In this document: piece after piece, positions 19,368 through 28,728 of the stretch
Position numbering within the stretch: the first letter of the stretch is position 1
How the letters are laid out: each line of letters starts with the position of its first letter
Assembly (NCBI GenBank): GCA_001791325.1
Contig: MGEK01000033.1
Location: 8,370-72,369, forward strand
DNA: 64,000 nt
Source of the DNA: Candidatus Uhrbacteria bacterium RIFCSPLOWO2_01_FULL_47_25
Lineage (GTDB): Bacteria; Patescibacteriota; Patescibacteriia; GWA2-46-9
Reading direction: 5' to 3'
Position numbers and translations under genes: made by a program
The notes under the pieces: generated by a model
Database searches by the model: none
Told to the model about the DNA's origin: nothing
The model's input: only the letters and a program-made list of their open reading frames with translations

Positions 19368-20390
19368 ATGCAAATAATCGCCTTTTTCGCGACCAAATCA
19401 TGGGAGGAAGAATATTTAAAAGATAAGTTGAAGATAGTCGCGTCCGACCTCACTCAGATTTTTATTCCGGAAATCTTAAGCAAGGAACATTTGCCTTCAT
19501 CTCGAGACTTTGCGCTATGTTCCGTCTTTGTGGACTCACTGATTGATCGCACCGTTATTGACGCCTTGCCTAATTTGAAATTCATCGTTACTCGCTCCAC
19601 TGGTTATGATCACATTGATTTAGCGGCGGCGGGCGAGCGCGGGATAGTTATTTCAAGCGTTCCCTCTTATGGCGAAAATACGGTGGCTGAATATGCCTTC
19701 GCCCTCCTCCTAACCTTATCGCGTAAAATTTATGATGGCGCGCACCGCGTTCGTGAAGAAACAAGGTTTAGTTTTGATGGGCTTCAGGGGTTTGATCTTA
19801 AAGGTAAAACTATTGGAGTTTTGGGAACCGGTCGCATTGGCCGTCATGCCATCAGAATGGCTAAGGGTTTTGATATGCGGGTTGTCGCCTATGATCCTTT
19901 CCCAAACGAGTCGTTCGCAAAAGAATTTGATTTTACCTATTTATCATTTGAGGAAGTTTTGAAAAATAGCGATATTATTACCATCCATGTTCCTTATTCT
20001 AAAGAAACTCATCACCTGATTAACGAAAAAACCATCGCTCTAATGAAGCCAGGGGCGTATCTTATTAATACCAGTCGGGGCGGAGTAGTAGATACGCCAG
20101 CTCTGGCCGTAGCCTTGAAGCAAGGCCGTCTTGGCGGCGCGGGGCTAGATGTATTAGAAGAAGAAGGGGTCATTAAGGATGAATTAGATTTTATTGTCCA
20201 TGGCCATCCCGAGGAGCATTCTCTAAAAACTGTTTTGGCCGATCATGTTCTTATGGATTTGTCAAATGTTATTGTTACTCCTCATAATGCTTTCAATACC
20301 AAAGAGGCTTTAACGCGCATTCTTGATACAACGGTTGAGGATATTGTCGGGTATATCAAGGGCAAGCCTGTTAATGTGGTACCCCGTTAG
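19368..20390 (+). CDS. D-isomer-specific 2-hydroxyacid dehydrogenase (hydroxypyruvate/glycerate or D-lactate dehydrogenase-like)
   Basis: NAD-binding GVLGTGRIGRHAIRMAKGFDMRVVAYDP and a catalytic-domain layout. The Met at 19368 follows the ppsA stop. The TAG stop lies inside the MITE copy 2 TIR. Confidence 0.7.
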   Translation: MQIIAFFATKSWEEEYLKDKLKIVASDLTQIFIPEILSKEHLPSSRDFALCSVFVDSLIDRTVIDALPNLKFIVTRSTGYDHIDLAAAGERGIVISSVPSYGENTVAEYAFALLLTLSRKIYDGAHRVREETRFSFDGLQGFDLKGKTIGVLGTGRIGRHAIRMAKGFDMRVVAYDPFPNESFAKEFDFTYLSFEEVLKNSDIITIHVPYSKETHHLINEKTIALMKPGAYLINTSRGGVVDTPALAVALKQGRLGGAGLDVLEEEGVIKDELDFIVHGHPEEHSLKTVLADHVLMDLSNVIVTPHNAFNTKEALTRILDTTVEDIVGYIKGKPVNVVPR

Positions 20391-20506
20391 AAGTCTGGTT
20401 TAGTATAAATTATCAATTTTTTAGTCATGCCACAATTTATCAACCAATTAAACACCATAATTATCGCAGCCCCGCATAGCGGGGCCAAGGACTTCTAACA
20501 GGGTGA
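20378..20506. mobile_element. MITE-like element copy 2
   Basis: Left end ACCCCGTTAGAAGTCT, right end GACTTCTAACAGGGTG. Interior is homologous to copy 1 and carries an internal GC hairpin GCCCCGCATAGCGGGGC. Confidence 0.7.
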
Positions 20507-20510
20507 AACA

Positions 20511-21683
20511 ATGAGCAAGATTTCCAGCCTTAAGGCCAGAAAAATTTTAGATTCGCGCGGCGAGTGGACGGTGGAAGTTACAGCTACCGCTGAGACGGGC
20601 GAAACCGCGGTATTTTCTGAACCTCGCGGTAAAAGTCGGGGAAAGTACGAGGAAGTTTCAGTATCCACTGACACGGCGGTAGAAAACATTGAACAAGTGA
20701 TTGCTTCGGCCATAAAGGGATTTGAAGTTGAGGAACAGGTGAAAATTGACGAGCGCTTGCTTGAGCTTGATGGGACCGAAACCAAGTCAGCGCTTGGAGA
20801 AAACGCAATACTTGGAGCGTCTTTGGCATGCGCTCGCCTTGCCTCCGTGGTCAAGAAAGTCCCTCTTTGGCAGCACCTGAACGAGCTAAGCGGTTTGGAT
20901 CGGCCCTCAATAAAACCGCGCTTGTTTATTAACATCATTAACGGAGGTCTTCATGCTGGCGGCAATTTGGATTTTCAAGAGTACCTAATCATTCCCCGCG
21001 CCGATAGGTTTATGGAAGCGGTTGAGAATGGCATTAATTTTTACAGAGCCCTAAGGGAATATTTAGTAAAAATTATCGGGGGGAGAGCGTCATTGCTTGG
21101 CGATGAGGGGGGTTTTGCTCCAGACTTTAAAAATAATGCCGAACCTTTTGAGGTTTTTCAAAAAATAGTATATGAGCTTAGTCTGCAAGATAAAATAGAT
21201 TTTGGTTTGGACGCCGCCGCGAGCAATGTAAGGATGAACAATAATGAATTAACTGCATTTTATAAAGAACTTTATGAGAAGCACAATTTATGGTATTTAG
21301 AAGATCCGTTTGCCGAAGATGATTTTGACAGTTTTGCCGGTCTTTTGAAGGAGTGGAACAAGGGCGGGTTAATAGCTGGAGACGATCTTACCGTTACTAA
21401 TATAAAGCGCATCAAGCAGGCGGCCGAGAAGAAAAGCATAAACGCCGTAATTATTAAACCAAATCAGATAGGCACTCTGACCGAAACCTTGGGGGCGGCG
21501 CGCGAAGCGCGCCAGCTTGGGTGGAAAGTCATAGTCTCGCATCGCAGCGGTGAAACCAATGATGATTTTATCTCTGATTTGGCTTATGGCATCGGCGCCG
21601 ATGGCCTTAAACTTGGCGCGCCGGCTCGCGGCGAACGAGTGGCAAAATACAATCGACTTTTGGCTATTGAGGCGGAGGAATAG
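20511..21683 (+). CDS. eno: Enolase (phosphopyruvate hydratase)
   Basis: ILDSRGEWTVEVT N-terminal signature and C-terminal SHRSGETNDDFISDLAYG. Confidence 0.85.
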   Translation: MSKISSLKARKILDSRGEWTVEVTATAETGETAVFSEPRGKSRGKYEEVSVSTDTAVENIEQVIASAIKGFEVEEQVKIDERLLELDGTETKSALGENAILGASLACARLASVVKKVPLWQHLNELSGLDRPSIKPRLFINIINGGLHAGGNLDFQEYLIIPRADRFMEAVENGINFYRALREYLVKIIGGRASLLGDEGGFAPDFKNNAEPFEVFQKIVYELSLQDKIDFGLDAAASNVRMNNNELTAFYKELYEKHNLWYLEDPFAEDDFDSFAGLLKEWNKGGLIAGDDLTVTNIKRIKQAAEKKSINAVIIKPNQIGTLTETLGAAREARQLGWKVIVSHRSGETNDDFISDLAYGIGADGLKLGAPARGERVAKYNRLLAIEAEE

Positions 21684-21912
21684 ATTAGGGTCTTGACAAT
21701 ATATTTATAAGTGCTATCTTACTCATAACAATTACGAAGGATACAAATCATCGTAATTGAGAACAGGCCCTCAATGGAGGAGGCTTGTTTTGTTTGTACC
21801 TTGAAACAATTCAAAAGAGGGAGGACAAAAGAGATGTAGAATGGCAGTTAGTGGTGTCAGGGAGAAGAAGATCAACCAACAAAACTTCCAACTTCAGGAC
21901 AAAGGAGAGTGT

Positions 21913-23244
21913 ATGAAAAGGATCTTCATCGCCATTTTGGCGGTTTTGCTCATGCTGGCGCAGTGGTCGCCGGCGCGGGCGGTCACGGGAGACCTCGTCG
22001 CGTCGGTTGTGTTCAGCAACGACTGTTCCCTTGGCGTGGGCATTGCTTACGACGGGACGAACCTCTGGTACTCGTGCTACGGCGGATCACCAAACCTTCA
22101 CCGCGCGAATCCCCTGACCGGCATCGTTGATGCGTCCTACGCGATCCCGGCCAGCGGTCTCGGCGCGCTGTCGTATGACGCAACGCGCAACGCGATCTGG
22201 GCGGGCGCAGATTCAGACGCCGTCTATCGTATTGACTTGGACGCCGGCAAGAATGTCACGGGGTCAGTGCTGGCCTTCCATACCGGCGACTACTGCGGGC
22301 TGGACGACGGCTTGGCCTTTGACGCGAACAACGTGGCTGATCCCAATGACGACGTCATCTACTACAGCGACGACTGCTGGACGACTACCATCGTGTCGTA
22401 CGACTTGACCGGCGCGGTGGTAGAATCATTTCCTTTCATCGGCACTGGCGGGCACAACAGCGGCCTTGGCATCGGCGGCCAGCTGCTCTATGAGGCCGAC
22501 GTCTTCAATCCCGTTCAAAGCGTCTGGGTGATTGACAAGGTAAGTAAGGCCTTGCAGTTCACTTTTTCAACGAACGTGCCGGGCGAGCCGAACTTTCATC
22601 CAGAGGATCTGGAGTGCGACACCAACACGTTTGCCGGCGCCGGCCTCCACGTCATGTGGTCCAAAGAGGCGTACTCGCCCGCGCGAGCCCATGCTTTTGA
22701 GATTCCGTTCGGAACATGCGGCGTCGGCGGACAGCCCGCGGCCTGCGGTGACGGCGACCTGGATGAAGGCGAAGAGTGCGACGACGGGAACACGGCGGAT
22801 GGCGACGGTTGTTCTCACGATTGCAAAAACGAGAATCAGCCGCCGGACTGTAGCGGGGCGATGGCCAGTCTGGATGAGCTCTGGCCACCGAACCACAAGT
22901 TCGTCGGCATCTCCATTATCGGCGTCACCGACCCGGACGGCGACGCGGTTGCGATCACCATTACCGACATCGCCCAGGACGAACCGCTGAACACCGTTGG
23001 TGATGGGAACACCTGTCCAGATGGGGACGGCGTCGGGACGTCAACAGCTCTCCTGCGGGCAGAGCGGTCAGGCACGCCCAAGGTGCCGGGCGACGGCCGC
23101 GTCTATCACGTGAGCTTCGTTGCCGATGACGGCAACGGCGGCGAGTGTGCGGGCACCATTACGGTGTGCGTCCCGCACGATCAGCGGCCTGGCCACGTCT
23201 GCGTGGACCAGGGGCCACTCTACGATTCAACGACCTGCCTGTAA
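21913..23244 (+). CDS. Secreted protein with Myxococcus-type cysteine-rich repeat (CGDGDLDEGEECDDGNTADGDGCSHDC), high-GC
   Basis: SD AAGGAGAG precedes ATG 21913. Signal peptide MKRIFIAILAVLLMLAQWSPARA. The CxxGxxDxGEECDDGN motif is seen. GC is clearly higher (~60%) than flanking genes. Confidence 0.55.
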   Translation: MKRIFIAILAVLLMLAQWSPARAVTGDLVASVVFSNDCSLGVGIAYDGTNLWYSCYGGSPNLHRANPLTGIVDASYAIPASGLGALSYDATRNAIWAGADSDAVYRIDLDAGKNVTGSVLAFHTGDYCGLDDGLAFDANNVADPNDDVIYYSDDCWTTTIVSYDLTGAVVESFPFIGTGGHNSGLGIGGQLLYEADVFNPVQSVWVIDKVSKALQFTFSTNVPGEPNFHPEDLECDTNTFAGAGLHVMWSKEAYSPARAHAFEIPFGTCGVGGQPAACGDGDLDEGEECDDGNTADGDGCSHDCKNENQPPDCSGAMASLDELWPPNHKFVGISIIGVTDPDGDAVAITITDIAQDEPLNTVGDGNTCPDGDGVGTSTALLRAERSGTPKVPGDGRVYHVSFVADDGNGGECAGTITVCVPHDQRPGHVCVDQGPLYDSTTCL

Positions 23245-23312
23245 CGGGCACTGGTATACAATTCAGTTTTTCATGAGACCATAAGGTCTCATGGTAAATT
23301 TCAAGGTACAAA

Positions 23313-23349
23313 CTCCAAAGAACCAGCCGACGGGCAACCCCCTTCGGCT
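23313..23349 (+). terminator. Rho-independent terminator
   Basis: CCAGCCGA cgggcaaccccct TCGGCTGG followed by TTTTCTTT. Confidence 0.65.
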
Positions 23350-23467
23350 GGTTTTCTTTAAATATTAAAGACAGCTTAATGCTTAGTTCATATTATTAAT
23401 TGCCAACTGTTAGTTTCTCCGCTAACATTGAAGAATAAGAATTTTTGTTTCTGTCCTCTAATTGTTT

Positions 23468-23626
23468 ATGACGCGTACTCCTTTGAATAAAGCCCAAGAA
23501 GCATTTCTAAGATTGGTGCGCCGGCAGGTTTACGTTTCCGTGGCCACTGATGTTGGCGGTTTTTTGTCTTTTTGGGGCTGGCCACCATTCTTCTTCATCT
23601 GCTTGTTCCCTAAGGATAGTTTATGA
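23468..23626 (+). CDS. Small hydrophobic peptide (52 aa), translationally coupled to the ABC transporter
   Basis: MTRTPLNKAQEAFLRLVRRQVYVSVATDVGGFLSFWGWPPFFFICLFPKDSL. Its TGA stop overlaps the ATG of the next gene (ATGA). Not in the ORF track because it is <60 aa. Confidence 0.35.
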   Translation: MTRTPLNKAQEAFLRLVRRQVYVSVATDVGGFLSFWGWPPFFFICLFPKDSL

Positions 23627-24411
23627 ATCATATCAGCGCCGATCCTGCTCTATTGGTTGATCATTTAGTGAAAAATTATGAAGGGCGTCCGGCCGTTTCT
23701 GACATATCTTTTGTGGTTCAGCCGGGCGAGATTTTTGGTTTTTTGGGGCCAAATGGCGCCGGCAAGACAACGACTATTGGATGCATTGCCGGGCTGGTAA
23801 CTTTTGGGGCCGGGCGAATCGAGGTTTTTGGGCATGACGTGGTGCGGAATTACCGCGCCGCTCGTCGGTTGATAGGTCTTTCTCCACAGGATTACAATTT
23901 TGATATTTTTCGCACTCCTTGGGAGGTGTTACTTTATAATGCCGGATTTTTTGGTGTATCTACCAAAGAAGCCAAAGAGCGCGCCGAGGAATTGCTCACA
24001 AAATTTGCCCTTTGGGAGCACAGGCAGAAACCAGTGAATCAACTTTCCGGCGGCATGAAGCGCCGCTTAACCCTGGCCCGTGCTTTAGTGCATCGTCCAA
24101 AATTATTGATTCTTGACGAACCAACAGCTGGCGTTGATTTAGAAATGCGGCTGTCTTTATGGCGTGATCTTCAGGAAATTCAAAGTAGCGGCACGACCAT
24201 TCTTTTAACAACCCATTATCTGGAAGAAGCAGAGCGTCTTTGTGGACGTGTAGCAATTATTCACCAGGGCAGATTAGTAGTGGTAGAAAAGACGGATGAG
24301 TTAATGCGCCAGCATGGCGACAAAACATTGGAAGAAATTTTTTTATCTTTAACTTCGGTTGACGGAGTTAGCCCTTTAGCGATTCACGTCACGCCGCCAG
24401 AAGAATTATGA
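23623..24411 (+). CDS. ABC transporter ATP-binding protein
   Basis: Walker A GPNGAGKTT, ABC signature LSGGMKRR, Walker B LLILDEPT. Confidence 0.85.
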   Translation: MNHISADPALLVDHLVKNYEGRPAVSDISFVVQPGEIFGFLGPNGAGKTTTIGCIAGLVTFGAGRIEVFGHDVVRNYRAARRLIGLSPQDYNFDIFRTPWEVLLYNAGFFGVSTKEAKERAEELLTKFALWEHRQKPVNQLSGGMKRRLTLARALVHRPKLLILDEPTAGVDLEMRLSLWRDLQEIQSSGTTILLTTHYLEEAERLCGRVAIIHQGRLVVVEKTDELMRQHGDKTLEEIFLSLTSVDGVSPLAIHVTPPEEL

Positions 24412-25190
24412 TTGTCGCGTCAATGTTTAATTGGGTTGGGTTTAGGACTCTTTTGATTAAAGAAATTAAAAGATTTTTGAGCATGATCGGGCAAACCATC
24501 GCCCCACCCCTGCTCACCTCTTTGCTTTATATATTAGTGTTTGGTCATTTGCTCGGCTCTCGCATTCAGGAAATCGTGCCCGGCGTGAGTTATATTGATT
24601 TTATCGTGCCCGGCATTCTTATGATGAATGTTATCTCTGGAGCTTTTATGAACGCCTCTTTTGCAATTTACCTCGGCAAACTACAGAGCTCTATTCAGGA
24701 AGTTCTGGTCGCTCCATTGTCTTATATAGAAATGGCTCTTGGATACGTCTTAGCTGGAGCAGTGCGCGGTATTCTGATTGGTTTAGGTGTTTATCTTATC
24801 GCTATTTATTTTACTACTGCCAGTATTATGCACCTTGGCGCTTTTTTGTATTTCCTTATTGCTACTTCGCTTTTATGTTCGGCTCTGGGAGCGATTGTTG
24901 GACTATGGGCCAAAAGTTTTGAGCACATTAATATACCGAATACCTTTCTCATTCTCCCTTTGTCTTTTTTGGGCGGGGTTTTTCATTCCATCAGATTATT
25001 ACCCTCATCTCTCGCGCGCTTGAGCTATTTTAATCCTATCTTTTATATGGTGAACGGCATTCGTGGTAGTATGATTGGTACCAGCGATGTTTCTTCACTG
25101 ATGGCCGGCGTAGTTGTTGGCGTTTTGTCATTGGTTTCATTTATTTGGTGTGTTTATTTATTTCGCATTGGTTATCGGCTGCGAAGCTAA
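24408..25190 (+). CDS. ABC-2 type transporter permease
   Basis: Six predicted TM helices. 4-nt overlap with the ATPase gene. Confidence 0.7.
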   Translation: MIVASMFNWVGFRTLLIKEIKRFLSMIGQTIAPPLLTSLLYILVFGHLLGSRIQEIVPGVSYIDFIVPGILMMNVISGAFMNASFAIYLGKLQSSIQEVLVAPLSYIEMALGYVLAGAVRGILIGLGVYLIAIYFTTASIMHLGAFLYFLIATSLLCSALGAIVGLWAKSFEHINIPNTFLILPLSFLGGVFHSIRLLPSSLARLSYFNPIFYMVNGIRGSMIGTSDVSSLMAGVVVGVLSLVSFIWCVYLFRIGYRLRS

Positions 25191-25260
25191 GAAATGCAAG
25201 ACGATGATTTTTGCTGTCAGTTGATTTGATATAGAATTGTTTGATGTTTATAATTAACAC

Positions 25261-26631
25261 ATGGTTTCATCCACACGTATCGTAAAATCACGCCAAGCCT
25301 GGGTGGTTTCTGTAAATATGGGGTATGGGCATGAGCGCGCGGCTTACGCCCTTCGCGATCTTGCTCGTGGCGGCATTATTACCGCTAATAATTATCAGGG
25401 CATACCGTCCGCCGACCGCGAGCTTTGGAACGAAAGCCGGTCTTTTTACGAAAAGATATCGCGCATGAATTCGTTGCCATTCGTGGGGCGCTATCTCTTT
25501 GAATTTTATGATCGCTTCCAGGAAATACGCCCCTTTTACCCGAGACGCGATCTCTCCGCCCCCAATGTCCAAGCGCGCGAGTTAACCTATATTATTAAGC
25601 AAAAAAAGTTAGGCAAGCATTTAATTGATAAACTGCGGGAAAAGTCGTTGCCTTTAGTAACCACATTTTTTCTTCCGGCTTTTGCGGCAGAAATTTTTGA
25701 CTATCCGGGCGAAATCTACTGCGTTATTTGCGACGCCGATATTAGCCGCACATGGGTGCCGCTTGATCCCAAGCGTAGCCCCATAAAATACTTTGCCCCC
25801 AACGGCCGCGTGGTTGAACGGCTGAAGCTTTACGGCGTGCCCGAGGGAAATATCTACCTCACCGGCTTTCCTCTACCCAAAGAACTCATTGGCGGAGCTC
25901 GGGGGCTGGTGGTTAAAACCAATTTAATACGCCGCTTAAACAATCTTGATCCATTGGGCATTTTCCGCGGTAAATATGATCGCACCCTTCATCAGTACCT
26001 GGGGCGACATTGGCACCCGCGCCGCAAAATCCCAAAGAGAAATTCTGGCCGACCAGCTTTTACTTTGACTTTTTCTATAGGCGGCGCCGGTTCGCAGCAT
26101 GAGCTGGGGGAGGAAGTGCTTACCAGCTTGCGGAGTCGTATTGCCGAAGGGGCTCTTTGTTTGAATCTTGTGGCCGGTACACACGGCGAGATTCGCCGGT
26201 CTTATTTGAAGCTCGCCCGTTCGTTGAACCTCGGGCAGTCCCTGGGAAGGAATCTCAATGTTGTTTATTATGAAGATCGAGAGAATTACTTTAGAGAATT
26301 TTCCAAACTGTTAAATCAAACAGACATACTTTGGACCAAGCCCTCTGAACTTTCTTTTTACACGGGGCTTGGCCTACCTATTATTATGGCGCCGCCCATT
26401 GGTTCACAAGAAGAGTTTAATGCCCTGTGGCTAAGGACAGTTGGCGGCGGTATCCCCCAAAATGATCCGCGTCACGCCAACGAGTGGCTGTTTGATTGGT
26501 GGGAGAGCGGTGGTCTTGCCAAGATGGCTTGGAGCGGATTCGTGGAGGCGCCAACGCATGGTACTTATCGCATTGAGGAGATTATTACCGGACGGAAATT
26601 TAATCTCGCCCGCTTGCCCTTAATTGTCTAG
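25261..26631 (+). CDS. GT28-like glycosyltransferase (MGDG synthase/UgtP/MurG-like GT-B fold)
   Basis: N-terminal VVSVNMGYGHERAAYAL resembles MGDG_synth. C-terminal GLGLPIIMAPPIGSQEEFNALWL resembles Glyco_tran_28_C. Confidence 0.5.
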   Translation: MVSSTRIVKSRQAWVVSVNMGYGHERAAYALRDLARGGIITANNYQGIPSADRELWNESRSFYEKISRMNSLPFVGRYLFEFYDRFQEIRPFYPRRDLSAPNVQARELTYIIKQKKLGKHLIDKLREKSLPLVTTFFLPAFAAEIFDYPGEIYCVICDADISRTWVPLDPKRSPIKYFAPNGRVVERLKLYGVPEGNIYLTGFPLPKELIGGARGLVVKTNLIRRLNNLDPLGIFRGKYDRTLHQYLGRHWHPRRKIPKRNSGRPAFTLTFSIGGAGSQHELGEEVLTSLRSRIAEGALCLNLVAGTHGEIRRSYLKLARSLNLGQSLGRNLNVVYYEDRENYFREFSKLLNQTDILWTKPSELSFYTGLGLPIIMAPPIGSQEEFNALWLRTVGGGIPQNDPRHANEWLFDWWESGGLAKMAWSGFVEAPTHGTYRIEEIITGRKFNLARLPLIV

Positions 26632-27739
26632 AAGTATTTTTATGTCAGCGATGTCGCGCGAGCGATTACGTTCAGTTATTCAGTTTTTAAGAGAGCAAAT
26701 TTGGATAATTTTGATTTTTATAGTGCTTTCGGCAAACGCTTACGTTGTTTATCAGCTTTTCTTGGCTCCCGCGCCGCCTGCTCCCGCGCCGCCGCGCGTG
26801 CCAGAAGTCAAAAAGGAAGAGGCGCCGGCAGGCATGGCCGCTTCGCTCCTGACTGGAGCTTATGTACCGGAGGCTGATCTTGGTCGTCGCTCCATAGCCG
26901 TGATGATTGATAACTTTGCCGCGGCGCGGCCCTCCGCCGGCCTCAATAGCGCCGGCATTGTTTGGGAGACGTTGGTGGAGGGCGGAGTAACGCGCTTTCT
27001 GGCGGTTTATCAAACCACAAGCGAGGTGACGATCGGTCCGGTGCGTTCAGCCAGAGATTATTTTTTGCCTTGGGTTAAAGAAGTTGATGCTATCTATGCT
27101 CATTCCGGTGGTTCGCCGGCGGCGCTGGCGGTCATCAAGGCCGACGCTTCTCTTGATGATGCTAATGAGTTTAGTAATGGTCGGGCGTATTATCGCGTCG
27201 CCGGAGCGGCGCCACATAATCTTTATACAACGACGGAACGTCTTGAAAAGTTGCGCGCTGACAAAGAATGGCGCGCCGAATCAGTAGTCACTCCTCTGCC
27301 GGCAACAGATGAAAAATTAACAGAGGGCGACATCGCTAAAAAAATAACGATTAATTTTTCTTCTGTGCCGGCTTATCGCGTGCAGTGGCTATATGACGAA
27401 GAAAAAGATGTTTATTTGCGCAGTCAAGGAGGTGTGGTAGCAACTGATAGGGAGACCAGAGAGCAGCTTGTGGCCAAAAACTTGATTGTTCAATTCACGC
27501 GCATTACTCCGGCGCCGCCGCCAGCGCCGGCAGACGCGGTAGTGGTGGAAACAGTTGGCCAGGGAGAGGCTTGGTTTTTCCGCAATGGTCGGATTATAAA
27601 AGGTCAATGGGAGAAAACCACAGCAACGTCTCGGACAGTCTTTTTTGACGCGGATAAAAAACCGTACAGTATCGCCCGCGGCTCGCTCTGGATTGAAGTC
27701 GTGCCCAAAGAGATGATGAGCAAAGTGAAGTACGAATAG
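26624..27739 (+). CDS. DUF3048 (YerB-like) domain protein with N-terminal TM
   Basis: IAVMIDNFAAARPSAGLNSAGIVWETLVEGGVTRFLAVYQ is the characteristic DUF3048 core. Confidence 0.55.
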   Translation: MSRSIFMSAMSRERLRSVIQFLREQIWIILIFIVLSANAYVVYQLFLAPAPPAPAPPRVPEVKKEEAPAGMAASLLTGAYVPEADLGRRSIAVMIDNFAAARPSAGLNSAGIVWETLVEGGVTRFLAVYQTTSEVTIGPVRSARDYFLPWVKEVDAIYAHSGGSPAALAVIKADASLDDANEFSNGRAYYRVAGAAPHNLYTTTERLEKLRADKEWRAESVVTPLPATDEKLTEGDIAKKITINFSSVPAYRVQWLYDEEKDVYLRSQGGVVATDRETREQLVAKNLIVQFTRITPAPPPAPADAVVVETVGQGEAWFFRNGRIIKGQWEKTTATSRTVFFDADKKPYSIARGSLWIEVVPKEMMSKVKYE

Positions 27740-27771
27740 TATATAGTATTTGGTATACAGTATTTAGTTTC

Positions 27772-27800
27772 CTTGTCAATGCTGTTATTGTCTCTTATAC
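27772..27800 (+). promoter_or_regulatory. Sigma70-like promoter upstream of hsp20 (TTGTCA, 17 nt spacer, TATACT)
   Basis: Read directly from the sequence: tccTTGTCAatgctgttattgtctctTATACTg. Confidence 0.4.
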
Positions 27801-28016
27801 TGATTCTATGCCCCGCACCTTTCGGTGTTATGAACGCTAAGGCTAAGCCAAAACTATATCTATGACTAATTATAATACATGCTCAAATAAACCAGACGTC
27901 GTCACTAGCGTTCGTCATGGATGTCATGAGTCGGTGATTTCTATTTTTGGTTTTTTATTACATTTTCCGAACGAACTAGCGGCCACAAGAACGTTAACGC
28001 CGTAAAGGTGCGGGGT

Positions 28017-28487
28017 ATGTCAGCTAAGATATTCAAAAACAATTCCTCCGAGGAGTCAGTTTCTATTTCCGTTCCCGTACCTGATGATGCCGAAGCGGTG
28101 AGGAGCTTGGGCTCTCCGTCAGCTGGCGGTTCAAATACTTGGGCCAGGCCAGAAGGGGAGCTCGCCATTGATGTTTATGTTACTCCTTCGGCGGTAGTGG
28201 TGCGCACGGCCATGGCCGGGGTAAGGCCGCAAGATATCAACATATCTTTACACAATGATCTTTTAACCATCCGTGGCACACGCCTGGAAGAAGAAGCCAT
28301 AGAAGCAGATTGCTATATGTTGCAGGAATGTTATTGGGGTTCGTTTTCGCGCTCAGTTATTTTGCCCGTTCCGGTTGAGGCGCGCGGCGCCGAGGCTGTA
28401 ATGAAAAATGGCATTTTGAAAGTAATTCTGCCGCGAGTGAATCCTTCGCTTGTATCTTTACATATTGATGATTTGTCTTATGAATAA
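28017..28487 (+). CDS. Hsp20/alpha-crystallin family small heat shock protein
   Basis: Alpha-crystallin domain ending …GILKVILPRV. SD AAAGGTG precedes ATG 28017. Confidence 0.7.
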   Translation: MSAKIFKNNSSEESVSISVPVPDDAEAVRSLGSPSAGGSNTWARPEGELAIDVYVTPSAVVVRTAMAGVRPQDINISLHNDLLTIRGTRLEEEAIEADCYMLQECYWGSFSRSVILPVPVEARGAEAVMKNGILKVILPRVNPSLVSLHIDDLSYE

Positions 28488-28728
28488 TGGAGCATCTAAT
28501 ACCATAGAAGCGACAGTAGATCGCTGGGAGGGGGATTTTGTCGTATTGCGCACTAGCGATGGCCAGGAGTTGCTTTGGCCAGGTGATCATATGCCTACAG
28601 AAATCAGCGAAGGGAGCGTAGTCAGGCTGGCCTTGCTGACTGATTTGGAATCAACTGAAGACAGGCGGGAATTGGCTAAGAATATTCTAAATGAAATATT
28701 TGACACAAGTTCTGGCGCAGAAGAATAG
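28480..28728 (+). CDS. DUF3006-like small protein
   Basis: IEATVDRWEGDFVVLRTSDGQEL resembles DUF3006 (…iEgdfavle.ddg). Overlaps the hsp20 stop. Confidence 0.4.
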   Translation: MNNGASNTIEATVDRWEGDFVVLRTSDGQELLWPGDHMPTEISEGSVVRLALLTDLESTEDRRELAKNILNEIFDTSSGAEE

